Below, piece by piece: positions 1-11,909 of a stretch of 64,000 nucleotides of DNA; the stretch's first letter is position 1, and every line of letters starts with the position of its first letter. A program made the translations under genes and the position numbers. The DNA is from Centroscyllium fabricii (taxonomy: Eukaryota), in NCBI GenBank assembly GCA_051313645.2, contig JBNRSN020000006.1:46562001-46626000 (forward strand), given 5' to 3'. The notes beneath the pieces were generated by a model that searched no databases, had not been told where the DNA came from, and saw only the letters and a program-made list of their open reading frames with translations.

Positions 1-60
1 AAACCTTCCCTGCGGGCCAGTCTGAAGGACGCAACCTGGACCGACCGCCTGACCTGGGTA

Positions 61-597
61 ATGCTCGGCCTGTGCTCAGCGGCCAAGGAAGACCTGCACG
101 CCTCAGCGGCGGAACTCGTCTACGGCCAACCCCTAACCGTGCCTGGTGAGTTCCTCGCAGAACCCAACGCTCCCTGGTCAGCTGACCGGTGCCTCAAAGA
201 GTTCAACAACCAGGCAGGAGCGTTCAAACCACTACCGGTGGCCCGGCACGGAGAGCCGGCAGCACGTGTTCCAGACGGCATCAAGAACGCCGAATATGTG
301 TTTGTCCGCCACGACGCACATCGAACACCACTACAGCCACCGTACGACGGACCGTACAGAGTGCTTCGGGTGGGACCTAAGACATTCGAAATCAAAATGG
401 GCAACAGAACTGAAACTGTCTCTATTGACCGGCTCAAACCGGCACATGTAATGGCGGGTGAGACAACAGTCCCCGCGCAGCCACCAAAACGCGGACGCCC
501 TACCGCACCAAAACCCGCCCACACTCCCACGCAGAACAAGGAGCAGCGCACGACACGTGCCGGCCGCATCATCCGGCCACCTCAACGCCTCGCTTGA
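61..597 (+). CDS. Gypsy integrase C-terminal region (5' part lies outside the window)
   Basis: GPY/F motif PPYDGPYRV and the typical basic tail TTRAGRIIRPPQRL. Confidence 0.85.
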   Translation: MLGLCSAAKEDLHASAAELVYGQPLTVPGEFLAEPNAPWSADRCLKEFNNQAGAFKPLPVARHGEPAARVPDGIKNAEYVFVRHDAHRTPLQPPYDGPYRVLRVGPKTFEIKMGNRTETVSIDRLKPAHVMAGETTVPAQPPKRGRPTAPKPAHTPTQNKEQRTTRAGRIIRPPQRLA

Positions 598-689
598 GAC
601 TCATCTTTTATTCTCCCTTTTTTTATTTTAACTTTATGCTCCCTTTTTTATTTTTACTTTATTCCCCCTCACAGATTCTGGGGGGGAGC

Positions 690-971
690 TGTGTGGCGAC
701 ACGCCCACCAAGACCATCGAATCCGCCTCGGGAGTACTGCGGGGCATGGCCCCGCCCATCGGGTGACGTGATGACATCACCGCGACTTCCGGCGTGATGA
801 CGTCACCGGGACTTCCGGCGTGGTGACGTCACCAACCGCGGGCCCTTTAAATAAGCCCGTTCCAGGTAGCTCACTCTCTTCGCTACCTGGCCCCTGCAGA
901 GTAAAGCAATAAATGAGTGTTATCTAATCTCACTGTCTCCAGCGTGGTTCTTCAGGCCTGCATGCACTACA
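690..971 (+). repeat. 3' LTR (TG...CA)
   Basis: Starts TG directly after the PPT; TTTAAATA at ~846; AATAAA at ~908; ends ACTACA. Confidence 0.75.
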
Positions 972-1033
972 ATTGCCTATTTACATTTGAATGAATCGGT
1001 ATGGATAAATAATGGTGCTTATTTGAGCCGATC

Positions 1034-1418
1034 GGTGGCACAGTGGCATAGTGGTTAGCATTGTTGCCTCACAGCTCTGGAGACCCGGGTTCAAATCCAG
1101 CTTCGGGTACTATCTGTGTGGAGTTTGCACATTCTCCCCGTGTCTGCGTGGGTTTACTCCGGGTGCTCCGGTTTCCTCCCACAGTCCAAAGATGTGTGGG
1201 TTAGGTTGATTGGCCATGATAAATTGACCCTTAGTGTTAGGGGGATTGAATATGTGGGGTTACGGGGATGTGTCGGTGCAGGCTCGATAGGGATCAAAGG
1301 TTATGGGGAGAGGGCAGGGGCGGGGTACTGGGTTTGGATGATCAGCCATGATCTCATTGAATAGCAGGCTCGAAGGGCCGAATGGCCTACTCCTGCTCCT
1401 ATCTTCTATGTTTCTATG
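1034..1418 (+). mobile_element. tRNA-derived V-SINE (HE1-like) with CR1-derived 3' tail
   Basis: A/B-box-like head (GGTTCAAATCC), V-domain GTGTGGAGTTTGCACATTCTCCCCGTG, tail (TTTCTATG)n; five copies in the window. Confidence 0.88.
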
Positions 1419-1999
1419 TGATAGACACTTTGGAATTTTGCCATGCACTTGCACGTGTGACACTTTGTAGAGCGATGTAAACTTTCCCATCCACCACAGA
1501 TGCGCTAGATGAAAGGCTTTTAATTATACCAGCATGATGGATGGATTCATGAATATAACCAGAGCAATCTAGCTACAATTATTGCATTATTTGGTTATAT
1601 TGATTTATCACTCACTTTTGAGTGCTCACTGCTAAGTGTTTACATGTAGGCAAAATATAAATTGATGTGATGTGGTTTGAAATGATTTGAAGATGATATA
1701 TATGAGGAAAGCAACAATAACAGGAATTCGCTTCAATATGAGTATGTGTTCCTCAGGGAAACGACCTTTCAACTCGTGGGTGACACATGGAGCGTTCTTA
1801 CGGAAACACTCTTGTTCTCAGTAGATTCTTCTTACCCTCCACAAGATTTTGTTCTCACACTTTTATTGTTGTCTCCATGCTGAGATGGTCCATGTACAAA
1901 TTAAATAGTTAGTGTGAATGATTACATGTTTTCGGGACTCCGTGCTAATTATTTTAACATTGTTTACTGCAAGGGAGCTGTGAGCGGTGTGTCACACGT

Positions 2000-2492
2000 G
2001 CAAGTGGTTTTCGCTCAGGCCAACTTCCCCAGCATTGAAGCTTTGACCACGCTCGATCAGCTCCGATGGACGGGTCACATTGTCCGCATGCCCGATACGA
2101 GAATCCCAAAACAGGCGCTCTATTCGGACCTCCGACACGGCAAGAGAGCCCCAGGTGGGCAGAGGAAACACTTCAAGGACACCCTCAAAGCCTCCTTGAA
2201 AAAGTGCAACATCCCCACTGACACCTGGGAATCCCTGGCCCAAGATCGCACAGAGTGGAGGAGAAGCATCCGGGAAGGCACCGAACACCTCGAGTCTCTT
2301 CACCGGGAGCAAGCGGAAGCCAAGCGCAGGCAGCACAAGGAGCGCACGTCAACCCACCCCTTCAACCACCATCTGCCCCACCTCTGACAGAGACGGTAGA
2401 TCCCACATTGGACTCATCAGTCACCTGCGAACTCATTTTTACTGTGGAAGCAAGTCATCATTGATTCCGAGGGACTACCTGCCTAAGAAGAT
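2000..2492 (+). mobile_element. 5'-truncated RTE-clade LINE (C-terminal fragment)
   Basis: LRWTGHIVRMPDTRIPKQALY..GKRAPGGQRKHFKDTLK is the typical RTE C-terminal domain. Confidence 0.8.
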
Positions 2493-3474
2493 AATGGGTG
2501 TGTGACAGGGACATGAGCACATGTGAAACAAAATAAATCTACATGTAAAAATGTCAAAACATTTTTACAAAGTGTCTTAATTAAAAAAAAAGAAAGGCAG
2601 TCATTTGCTATGTGGTTAAACTTCCCGAACAACAGAAAATACCCTCTATTTGGAAGTGCCTTAAAGTAATTACCCTCTAAATGACCTAAGGAGATCCCTG
2701 CTTCCCCTTAGCAGCAGAATAATATATTATGCATTGCATGGTATAATGCTCCCCTCATGAAATAGCTTATCCTCCTGCTTGCTCTAAGCAATCGCACCGG
2801 AGATCCACTAACAGCTATAAATTTGGCAGTAGATAAGAACTGACAGCACAAAAGTAACATTAAAAAACCAAGAGAAAGTAAGGACTGAGTGTAAAGACAA
2901 ATGTTCTTAATAAAATGTAAGAGCAAACAGAAAGTTAGAGTACGATGATGAATAGAGGAGAAGGAAAATCATTTAAACGCTGCATTTATATTTAAATCCG
3001 CATGATGTTCCACTGAGGGGAGAAAAATTGGCCACGCAATGTCAATGAGCAGACATTTTCTTGTTTGTTGCCGGTGTCATAATGCCGGCTGCTTCACGAG
3101 AAAATCAATCACGCCAGAGAGGTGCGCGGACTCCAACGTTGTCTCACATCAGTTCCAACTCACACTTGACACATGAATCAAAGTCCACACAATGATTGTT
3201 TGGACTTATCACTTGGTGACAGCCTTTATATTCCACACACATAAACGTCAACATTTTAAAGGACCTTTGGGCAACAGGCTACGTTGACACAGTGCAAACT
3301 TTGAAAGAAATTTAACACTAAAGGGTTTATTTCCTTCTCTTTTGATTTTTTTTTCCATAATGCTTTGGCACACCCTCACTTGGCCATCCTTCCTGTTTAT
3401 TTCGAGGTTGAGAACAATACTTCCATTTTTTGTTATCGTTCCCACTGAGTGGCTGTGACAATGGCAGCTGCTGA

Positions 3475-5098
3475 AAACATAAGAACATAAACATAAGAAC
3501 ATAAGAACATAAGAAATAGGAGCAGGAGTAGGCCAATCGGCCCCTCGAGCCTGCTCCGCCATTCAACAAGATCATGGCTGATCTGATCCTAACCTCAATT
3601 TTATTTTAACTCTCCACCCCACCCAAACCCATGTGATCACCTGGGAGAGGCGAAAAAACAGATAAAAAACCCAGTAGCCAATTTGGGAGAAAAAATCTGG
3701 GAAATTCCTCTCCGACCCATCTAGGCGATCGAAAACTGGTCCAGGAGATCACATGGCCGATCTGAACCTATCCTCATGTCCACTTACCTGCCCGCTCACC
3801 ATAACCCCTAATTCCCTTTACTTCCAGGAAACTGTCTGTCTCTGTTTTAAAATTATTCAAAGTAGTAGCTTCCACAGCTCTCTGGGGCAGCAAATTCCAC
3901 AGCCCCACCACCCTCTGGGTGAAGAAATTCCTCCTCATCTCTGTCCTAAATGAGTCACCCCTTATCCTTAGACTATGGCCCCTGGTTCTGGACTCTCCTA
4001 CCATCGGGAACATTCTTCCTGCATTAAGTCTGTCCAGACCAGTTAGAATTGTATACGTTTCGATGAGATCCCCTCTCAATCTTCTAAACTCCAGAGAGTA
4101 CAAACCCAGTCTACCCAGTCTCTCCCCATACGTCAATCCTGCCATCCCAGGTATCAGCCTGGTGAATCTCCTCTGCACTCCCTCCATGGCAAGAACGTCC
4201 TTCCTTAGATAAGGAGACCAAAACTGCACACAGTACTCAAGGCTTGGTCTCACCAAGGCCCTGTACAACTGCAGCAAGACCTCCCTATTCCTGTACTCAA
4301 AACCTCTCGCTATGAAGGCCAACATACCATTTGCCTTCTTAACCGCCTGCTGCACCTGCATGCTCACCCTTAGCGACCGGTGCACCAGGACACCCAGGTC
4401 TCGTTGTACTTCCCTTTCTCCCAATCTATTGCCATTTAGATAATAGTCGGCATTTCTATTTTTTCCCCCAAAGTGGATAACCTCGCATTTATCCACATTA
4501 TACTGCATCTGCCATGTCTCGGCCCACTCGCCCAACCTGTCCAAATCATCCTGGAGCATCCTGCTATCCTTCTCGCAGCACACACGCCCTCACAGCTTTG
4601 TGTCATCTGCAAACTTGGAGACATTACATTTAGTTCCCTTTTCTAAATCATTAATGTATATTGTGAATAGCTGGGGTCCCAGGACTGAGCCCTGTGGTAC
4701 CCCACTAGTCACTGCCCGCCACCCAGAAAAAGACCCATTTACTCCCACTCTCTGCTTTCTGTCTGCCAACCAATTCTCAATCCAAGTCAATACCTTGCCC
4801 CCAATCCCATGTGCCTTAACTTTAAATGCTAGTCTCTTGTGCGGGACCTTGTCGAACGCCTTCTGAAAGTCCTAGTATATCACATCTACTGGTTCTCCCT
4901 GATCAATTTTCCCAGTTACATCCTCAAAAAATTACAGCAGATTAGTCAAGCACGATTTACCTTTTGTAAATCCATGTTGACTTTGTCCAATCCTGCTGCT
5001 GCTTTTCACGTGCTCAGTGATTACATCCTTTATTATAGACTCCAGCATCTTCCCCACTACCGATGTCAGGCTTACTGGTCTGTAATTTCCCGCTTTCT
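3475..5098 (-). mobile_element. 5'-truncated CR1 LINE (RT and 3' UTR, (TTCTTATG)n tail)
   Basis: [49 protein letters not shown] in ORFs 3774-4583, 4590-4790 and 4932-5186. Confidence 0.93.
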
Positions 5099-5672
5099 CC
5101 CTGAGCTGTTCAAATTCCCGATTTTTTAAACTTTCACAAAAAAATATATAAACCATCAGATTTACAAGCTGTAAGACCACAAACATGAAGCTTTATATAT
5201 TTTTTGGTGATAGTTAAAAAATCGCCGATTTCTACGCGATGCCAGCTGAGAGCTGAGCTGTTTGAGCTGAGAGCTGCAAGGGGTTGAAATCGCCGATTTT
5301 TGAACTATCACCAAAAAATATAAAAACCATCAGATTTACAAGCTGTAAGACCACAAACAAATATCTCCAAAGGAATAATTTTTTAAAAAACTTTAAACCT
5401 GTTTTTTTCACTTTTCAAACCTGCCTGCACTCTCTTAAGACTGGTATTTATGTGGGCAGAAAAATGGAGGCTTCCCCACGTTGTACACCTGAATATTGAG
5501 CATCAGAGTACAGGAAGTCTGCAGCTCAAAGTGCTTCGTGGGGAGGAAGCTGAAGCCCCTTGCCCATCAGCACAGGAAGTTCACGTTTCTGGTAAGCACC
5601 TGAGCTGCCTCCCCACGAAGCATTTTCGTGGGGGGGCAGCTCTTCTGGAGCACAGGAAGACAGGGCCCATTA

Positions 5673-6033
5673 AAATTCAATTTATTGTCATTGTAAAGTG
5701 AACACAATACAATGAAATGCAAACATGCAATCTCCCAAAGAAACAATAGATATTAAAATGTCCTCTCCTGTAAGTCCCAGTCTGGTCCATAATGCCCCCC
5801 TGACGGTCCCGATGCTCAGGCCCCGACGCTCAGGCCCCGAAGCTCCTAGCGCCCGGCCACGACGGCCCCGACGCTCCAGCCCCGATGCTCGGGCCACGCA
5901 GGCTCCAGCCACGATGATGTTACCGGCACCGGCGCCTGGTCACGCTCAGAACCAGTACGGGGACCAGCGGACATCATTTCCTTGGGAGACGCAAAGCCGC
6001 TGCGTCTATGCGCGCCGCCATCTTGTCGCCGCC
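5673..6033 (-). mobile_element. Short non-autonomous element with Rex1/Babar-like termini
   Basis: Minus-strand 5' end GGCGACAAGATGGCGGCG and 3' end ...TGACAATAAATTGAAT; no RT coding between them. Confidence 0.45.
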
Positions 6034-7327
6034 ACAGCAGTAGCTGCCCTTGCAGAATGCCTGCTGGCTGATAACCAATCACAATTCAGTATGCCAATAT
6101 TACAAGCACAGTCTAAGTCTGGGCCTCCTACCTTTATTAACCAAGCAAAGGCCTAAAACATTGATTCTGGCCAACAAACGACTTACTCTTATTTAGAAAC
6201 AGAAGTTGCCAAACGCAGCTTCTATTCTGTGTCTCTCTGCAGTAATTTGCTTTCTACCAGAGTCTCCTCTCCCCCTTCCCTCCTTTTTCCCCCTGCAATG
6301 ATAATGTTGTGAGTTGTTTTTAAATCAGGTATGTGCCCTGCAAGAGGTGCTTTCTACTGATTGGTTTATGCCCCCTGATAGTGAGCATCAGAAGATATAA
6401 ATCGATGTTTTAGCGCCTGTGGGAAACTCCAGTTAATCATTTATATTTGCACCCCTGTGTTTATTCTGCGAATGCTGATCTCCCAATGTACTGCTCCGGG
6501 CTGTTTGCATTGGAACAATTTTGATCGCAGATTGTGACTAGCATTTCAAATACAAGCACAAACAAGAACGAATCGTATTTTATATTAAATTAGATGCACA
6601 TCTGTGATTTGTTCCAGTGTTACGTCTGCTTTTTTATCTGCGTGTAACAAGATCTTGCTACAATTTAAATTGTATTATGTTTTTTTTAAATAAACATTTT
6701 TATTTCTATTCCTGATCTGTACTATATTTTCTTCTTTGGTGCCACGCAGCTTCTTGCAATTGGGAGGACGGGATTAACTCTTTCAAAAATATCGCAGGAG
6801 AGCTAACTGGCTGTGAATGAGACTCCAGTTTATGGACAGAGGTCTTCAAACAGATTCCTAGATTCCTAGAATCATACGGCTCTCTGAAGGAGCTATCCAA
6901 TTAGTCCCCCTTCCCAGCTCTTTCCCCATAGCCCACATTTTCCTTTTTAAGTATATATCTTGTCTTGTTTTGCACACTTTGTACAAAACTAATAAATTTT
7001 AGGACAACGGCGTATTATAAACTAACTCTTTAATAAGCAAAAGGTCTAACGATCTCTTCACTGCAGCTCCATGTGCCGACTCTTAAGTAAAATTAAAATG
7101 GCAGCAGGACCCCAAGGTTTCCAGAACTTTCCCAGCAGTAGCTGCCCTTGCAGAATGCCTGCTGGCTAATAACCAATCAAAATTCAGTATGCAAATATTA
7201 CATACCTAATTCCCATTTAAAAGTTACTATTGAATCTGCGTCCACCACCGTTTCAGGCAGCACATTCCAGTTCATAAGAACTTGTTGAGTAAAAATTATT
7301 CTTCTCCCTGACTTTTTTTTGCCAATT

Positions 7328-7738
7328 ACATAGAAACATAGAAACATAGAAGATAAGAGCAGGAGTAGGCCATTCGGCCCTTCGAGCCTGCTCCGCCATT
7401 CAATGAGATCATGGCTGATCATCCAAACCCAGCACCTTGTCCCTGCCTTGTCCCCATATCCCTTGATCCCTATCGCGCCTGCACCGACACATATCCCACC
7501 CTATCCCCGTAACCCCACATATTCAATCCCCCTAACACTAAGGGTCAATTTATCATGGCCAATCAACCTAACCCGCACATCTTTGGACTGTGGGAGGAAA
7601 CCGGAGCACCCGGAGGAAACCCACGCAGACACGGGGAGAATGTGCAAACTCCACACAGACAGTCACCCGAGGCTGAATTTGAACCCGGGCCCCTAGCGCT
7701 GTGATGCAACAGTGTTAACCACTATGCCACCGTGCCGC
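7328..7738 (-). mobile_element. V-SINE (HE1-like)
   Basis: Reverse complement of the 1034-1418 family. Confidence 0.88.
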
Positions 7739-8207
7739 CATATCTAATTCGTATTTAAAAGTTACTATTGAATCTGCGTCCACCACCGTTTCAGGCAGCA
7801 CATTCCAGTTCATAAGAACTTGTTGAGTAAAAATCATTCTTCTCCCTGACTATTTTTGCGAATTGTCTTAAATTTGTGTCCTCTGGTTACTGCCCCTCCT
7901 GCCAGTGGAAACAGTTTCTCCCCATCTACCCTATCAAAACCCCTCATAATTTGAACACCTCTATTAAACCTCCCCTGAACACATTTGCTCTAAGGGGAAC
8001 AATCGCCACTTCTCCAGTCTCTCCATATAACTAAAGTTCCTCATCCGTGGTACCATTCTAGCCCCTCTCCAAGGCCTTGACATCCTTTCTGAAGTGAGGT
8101 GTCCAGAATTGGATACAATACACTAGATGAAGTCTGACCAGTGCTTCCGAAAGGTTCAGCATAACTTCCTTGCTTTATGTCTCTATTTATAAAGCCATGG
8201 ACACAAT

Positions 8208-8895
8208 GGGCCGTATTTTCCGATCGGAGGCCTCCGATCTGGAAAAAATCTACGCACTTACCTGAGTGCTCCTGAGGTCTGGACACTTCCGTTCCTGGGC
8301 CTGTCCAACTTGAAATGCACAGGGTCCACGTAACCCAGAGGCGCATGCGGTTCACAAACGTTCCTGTGTACACATGGGCCATGGGGAGCCAATCAAAGAA
8401 GGGAATCTCCCTTCATACACTTGACAGATAGACCGGTCAAAGATATGAATGGAGATCACCCCAAAAACACTTCAAAACATTGAATCATTTTTTTTTAAAT
8501 CTCATTTTTAAAATTAGTTGAAATTACAATAAATTAAATATTTTAAACAAGAATTTAATTTTTTGAAAAAAATAATGATAGTTTTTTACGGAGCTAAAAA
8601 TAAACGTACCTTTTTTAAAAAGTATTTTAAAATGATAAATGAGTGAAATTTTTAAAACTTTTTTTCAAATCTTTTACCAGGCGTAAGATTTCCAAGGGTC
8701 TTCTGTGGGCGGAGATTCTGCAGAAGGCAGAACTCTCTCCCCCCCCACCGCCCCCGCAGAGGCCCTTCTCCAGGGCAGATTGGAAATGCTGGATTTCAGC
8801 GCATGCGCTTCGTGCGCCTGAAACCGGCATTGCCGATGTCCCTACGGGTGTGTGCACAGCCCGGACACACCTGTAGAGATCGGAATATACGGCCC
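8208..8895. mobile_element. Non-autonomous TIR element (PIF/Harbinger-like)
   Basis: Terminal inverted repeats (TIRs) GGGCCGTATTTTCCGATC / GATCGGAATATACGGCCC; 3-bp flanks AAT/CAT; interrupts a CR1. Confidence 0.65.
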
Positions 8896-9398
8896 CATCT
8901 GCTTTTTTAACAGCCTTCTCAACTTGTCCTGCTGCGTTCAAGGATGGATGTGAACACCCAGGTCTCTCCATTCCTGCACCCCCTTGTACCACTTACTTTC
9001 TATTGCCTCTCTTCATGTTTCCTTTCACACTTACATTTCATCTGCTGTGTATCTGCCCATTACACCAGTCTCTCTATATCCTCCTGGATTCTGCTACTAT
9101 TCTCCTCACTGTTTACTACATTTCCAAGTTTTGTGTCATCCACAAACTTTGAAATTATGCCCTCTATACCCAAGTCCAGGTCAATACTCTATATCAAAAA
9201 GAGCAGTTGTCCTTATACTGACTACTGGGGGACACCACTGTACACTTCCCTCCAGTTTAAAAAAAACCAATTGTTCACCACTACTCTCTGTTTCTATCTC
9301 TCAGCCAATTTTGTATCCATGCTGCCACTGATCCTTTAATCCCATGGGGTTTAATTTTGCTTGCAAGTCAATGATGTGGTACTTTATCAAATGCCTTC

Positions 9399-9700
9399 TG
9401 ATGCACAATCAATCACTACCAGTCGATGGTCAGATGTAATCGAGGCTTTTATTAACATAGAACTGGACACAGGTCTGATGATCTTCCAAGCCAAAGTGAA
9501 AGCACTCAGGTGCGCAGGCACTCTTATACTCTGTGGGCGGGGCCTGGGGAGGAAGCCAAAGAGCGGGGTCCTCCCAGGTGAGTCCTCCCTGACAAGAAGG
9601 CAAGGAGTTGCAACCTTATAGTACAGTTACAGTACAGTTGCAGGGAGGGGACACAAGGGGGAGACAATATACAATATATACAAGATAGTGGTTTACCACA
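9399..9700 (-). mobile_element. Solo LTR related to the LTRs of the 29.2-41.4 kb Gypsy
   Basis: TGAT...GTGGTTTACCACA termini as in the 29223/41141 LTRs; 5-bp TSD CCTTC/GCTTC inside CR1. Confidence 0.8.
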
Positions 9701-10100
9701 GCTTCTGAAAGTCCATATACACAACATCAACCACACTACCCTCATCAACTTCTTCAAATACTTCATGGAATACAATGAATGGCTATGTTCCTGAACCTAG
9801 ATAAATGTTACATGTGAACAGTTTTAAAGGTCTAGAAACATAGAAAAAAAAACATTCTCTCTATGTATAGATAGATATTGCAGGGATTGCAGAGATCTTT
9901 GGAGAGGGCATACATTTTGCAGGTGTTTCCACTAGTTGATTAATTGAGTTAATATGTATGATAGAACACCCATTCACTTCCTAATTGGCATTAACACTGG
10001 TTAATAGGAGGCTAGATGGAGCAATATGAATGAACATGTCCATGTGTTCCATTCAAGTGCGTCCCAACACATCACAGCACTGTACCATGCAGCGGTGTAG

Positions 10101-11075
10101 CAGTTTTGATGAAAGGTCATTGACCTGAAATGCTGGCCCTGATATTTATGGGGAGGGAACGGGGAGGGGAGGCATAGTGACTGGGAAACTCAGGAGTCCG
10201 GGCTTCCTGAAGGTCCTGCCAAATTTAATGTGTGTTGTGGTTCAGGGTGGGGGTTAGTGGGGTCGGGTGGGGGTATGTGGTCACGGAGAGGTCGGGAGGA
10301 GGCTGGAGAAATCAAGGTCGGGGGGGAGCATGGACAGGATCAAAAGGATTGAGATGGCGTGGATAGGTCATGGGGGTCTGAACATGGGGGAGGGGGTCCA
10401 ATTGTGGGGAGATGGGGTGGTCTGATCGCGGGGAGGGGAATCTGATCACGGGGAGGGGGGTTCTAATCGCGGCGAGTGAGGTCCGATCATGGGAGGGGGA
10501 TTCTGATCATGGGGAGGTGTATCTGATCGTGGGGAGTGAGGACTAATTTTGGGGAGGGGGTTCCAATCACAGGGTGGGGGGAGTGGGGGTCTGATCATGG
10601 GGAGAGCGAAATAGGTGTGTTTGGAGAGCTGGGGTGGCTAAGCATTCCTGCTCCTCCTGTCCCACAGGCAGTGCTGGAAAGGCAAAAGGCACTGCGTTGT
10701 TGGAGCCGGCCGTCCTCGCCTCCCTTTAGCTGCCGGGTTTCCCGAGCCCTGGGAAACCCGGCCTGCAGCAGTTCAATTTAATACACAGCTAAAATTTGAA
10801 GCAGGCAGCCTCATTCAAATATTTAAATTATCATCCCGCCTCCTGAGAGCAGGTTAGTTGCCTGCCTCACAACCCACCACCATTAAAACCGTTGGAGACG
10901 GGTTGGGGCAGCTTTTTCCAGTTTGGGATTTTTAACCCCAACCGCCCCTCTCCCACTCGGTAAAATTACCCTCGTTAACACTGTCTCTGTCTCCACAGAT
11001 GCTTCCCGACCTGCTGAGTGTTTCTGGCATTTTCCTGCTTTTAGTTTAGATTTCCAACATCCGCAGGATTGCGAT
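10101..11075 (+). mobile_element. Penelope-like 3' remnant with degenerate hammerhead, split by a TIR element
   Basis: TGATGAAAGGTCATTGACCTGAAA at ~10107 continues as GTTAAC..CACAGATGC..GACCTGCTGAG at 10974, matching 27247-27317. Confidence 0.65.
10135..10973. mobile_element. Harbinger-like non-autonomous element with an internal G-rich ~21-bp repeat array
   Basis: 3-bp flanks GCT/GTT; diverged TIRs; homologous in inverse orientation to 59801-60940. Confidence 0.55.
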
Positions 11076-11359
11076 ATTCATTTTATGGCACTGCCCCTAA
11101 TGGTCCAGCTGAGGAGTGACACAGCCTGCTCCCAATAGATGAGGCTGAGTGATCGACAGTGCAGGACTTCAATGGAAAAGGGAAACCATTGCAGGAATGG
11201 TTAAAATCAACACCTACGAGGGAATAAGCTGTGGCCAGAAGCTCCCTCGGAGCTGCTCTTGTTCCACCACCATAACTTAGCCGGAAGTGCATGTAAGCGG
11301 GGTTCCCGCCGCGCTGCCATGAAGATACGCTGGTGGAGTGTGTGGAGCGCCACAGATAT

Positions 11360-11875
11360 TCATAGAATCATAGAAGCTTATTCAGCCCACCGTGTCTGTG
11401 CCGGCCGTAAAAGAGCCATTCAGCCGAATCCCACTTTCCAGTTCTTGGTCCGTAGCCCTATATGTTACAGCACTTCAAGTACTTTTTAAATGTGATGACG
11501 GTTTCTGCCTCTACCACCCTTTCAGGCAATGAGTTCCAGACCCCCACCACCCTCTGGGTGATAAAAGTTCTCCTCAACTCCCCTCTAATCCTTCAACCAA
11601 TTACTTTAAATCTATGTCCCCTGTTATAGACCTCTCTGCTAAGGTAAAAAGGTCCTTTCTATCCACTCTATCTAGACCCCTCATAATTTTATACACCTCA
11701 ATTAAATCTCGCCTCAGCCTCCTCTGTTCCAAAGAAAACAACCCCAGCCTATCCAATCTTTCCTCATAGCTAAAATTCTCCAGTCCTGGCAACATCCTCG
11801 TACACTTCTGTACCCTCTCGAGTGCAATCACATCTTTCTTGTAATGTGGTGACCAGAACTGTCCGCAATACTCTG
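11360..11875 (-). mobile_element. CR1 3' fragment
   Basis: EYCGQFWSPH..RLGLFSLEQRRLRRDLIEVYKI. Confidence 0.85.
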
Positions 11876-11909
11876 GCTTGGCCCATATGTTATCGGCCAA
11901 TGGAAGTGA

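Larger units (their letters stand above)
1..971 (+). mobile_element. 3' end of a Gypsy LTR retrotransposon (CsRn1-like): integrase C-terminus, polypurine tract (PPT), 3' LTR
   Basis: ORF to 597 with the integrase/GPY-F tail (SAAELVYGQPL..PGEF, LQPPYDGPYRV, VSIDRLKP); PPT GGGGGGGAG at ~680-688; LTR follows. Confidence 0.9.
6866..9770 (-). mobile_element. Old fragmented CR1 LINE interrupted by a SINE, a Harbinger-like element and a solo LTR
   Basis: Degenerate CR1 3' UTR and RT homology (GQVEKAVKKA; inverse GVPQ and DDTKL regions) continues across the insertions. Confidence 0.75.

Noticed and set aside
1-971. Left-edge and right-edge CsRn1-like Gypsy fragments as the same family or a circular join
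   Set aside because: The LTRs at 690-971 and 61040-61359 do not match.
1034-1100. tRNA genes at SINE heads
   Set aside because: Only A/B-box-like remnants fused to SINE bodies; no complete cloverleaf.
2600-3470. Possible conserved non-coding elements or exons in non-repetitive stretches (also 6100-6860 and 41770-42260)
   Set aside because: No convincing exon or motif support from sequence alone; needs cross-species alignment.
5688-6156. GC-rich short ORFs as host genes (also those in MITEs and antisense to LINE/LTR ORFs)
   Set aside because: They lie within repeats or are shadows of TE ORFs, with no recognisable domains.
11086-11350. Possible HDV-like ribozyme or LINE 5' UTR
   Set aside because: Could not build the P1/P2/P3/P1.1 pseudoknot on either strand by eye; left unclassified.
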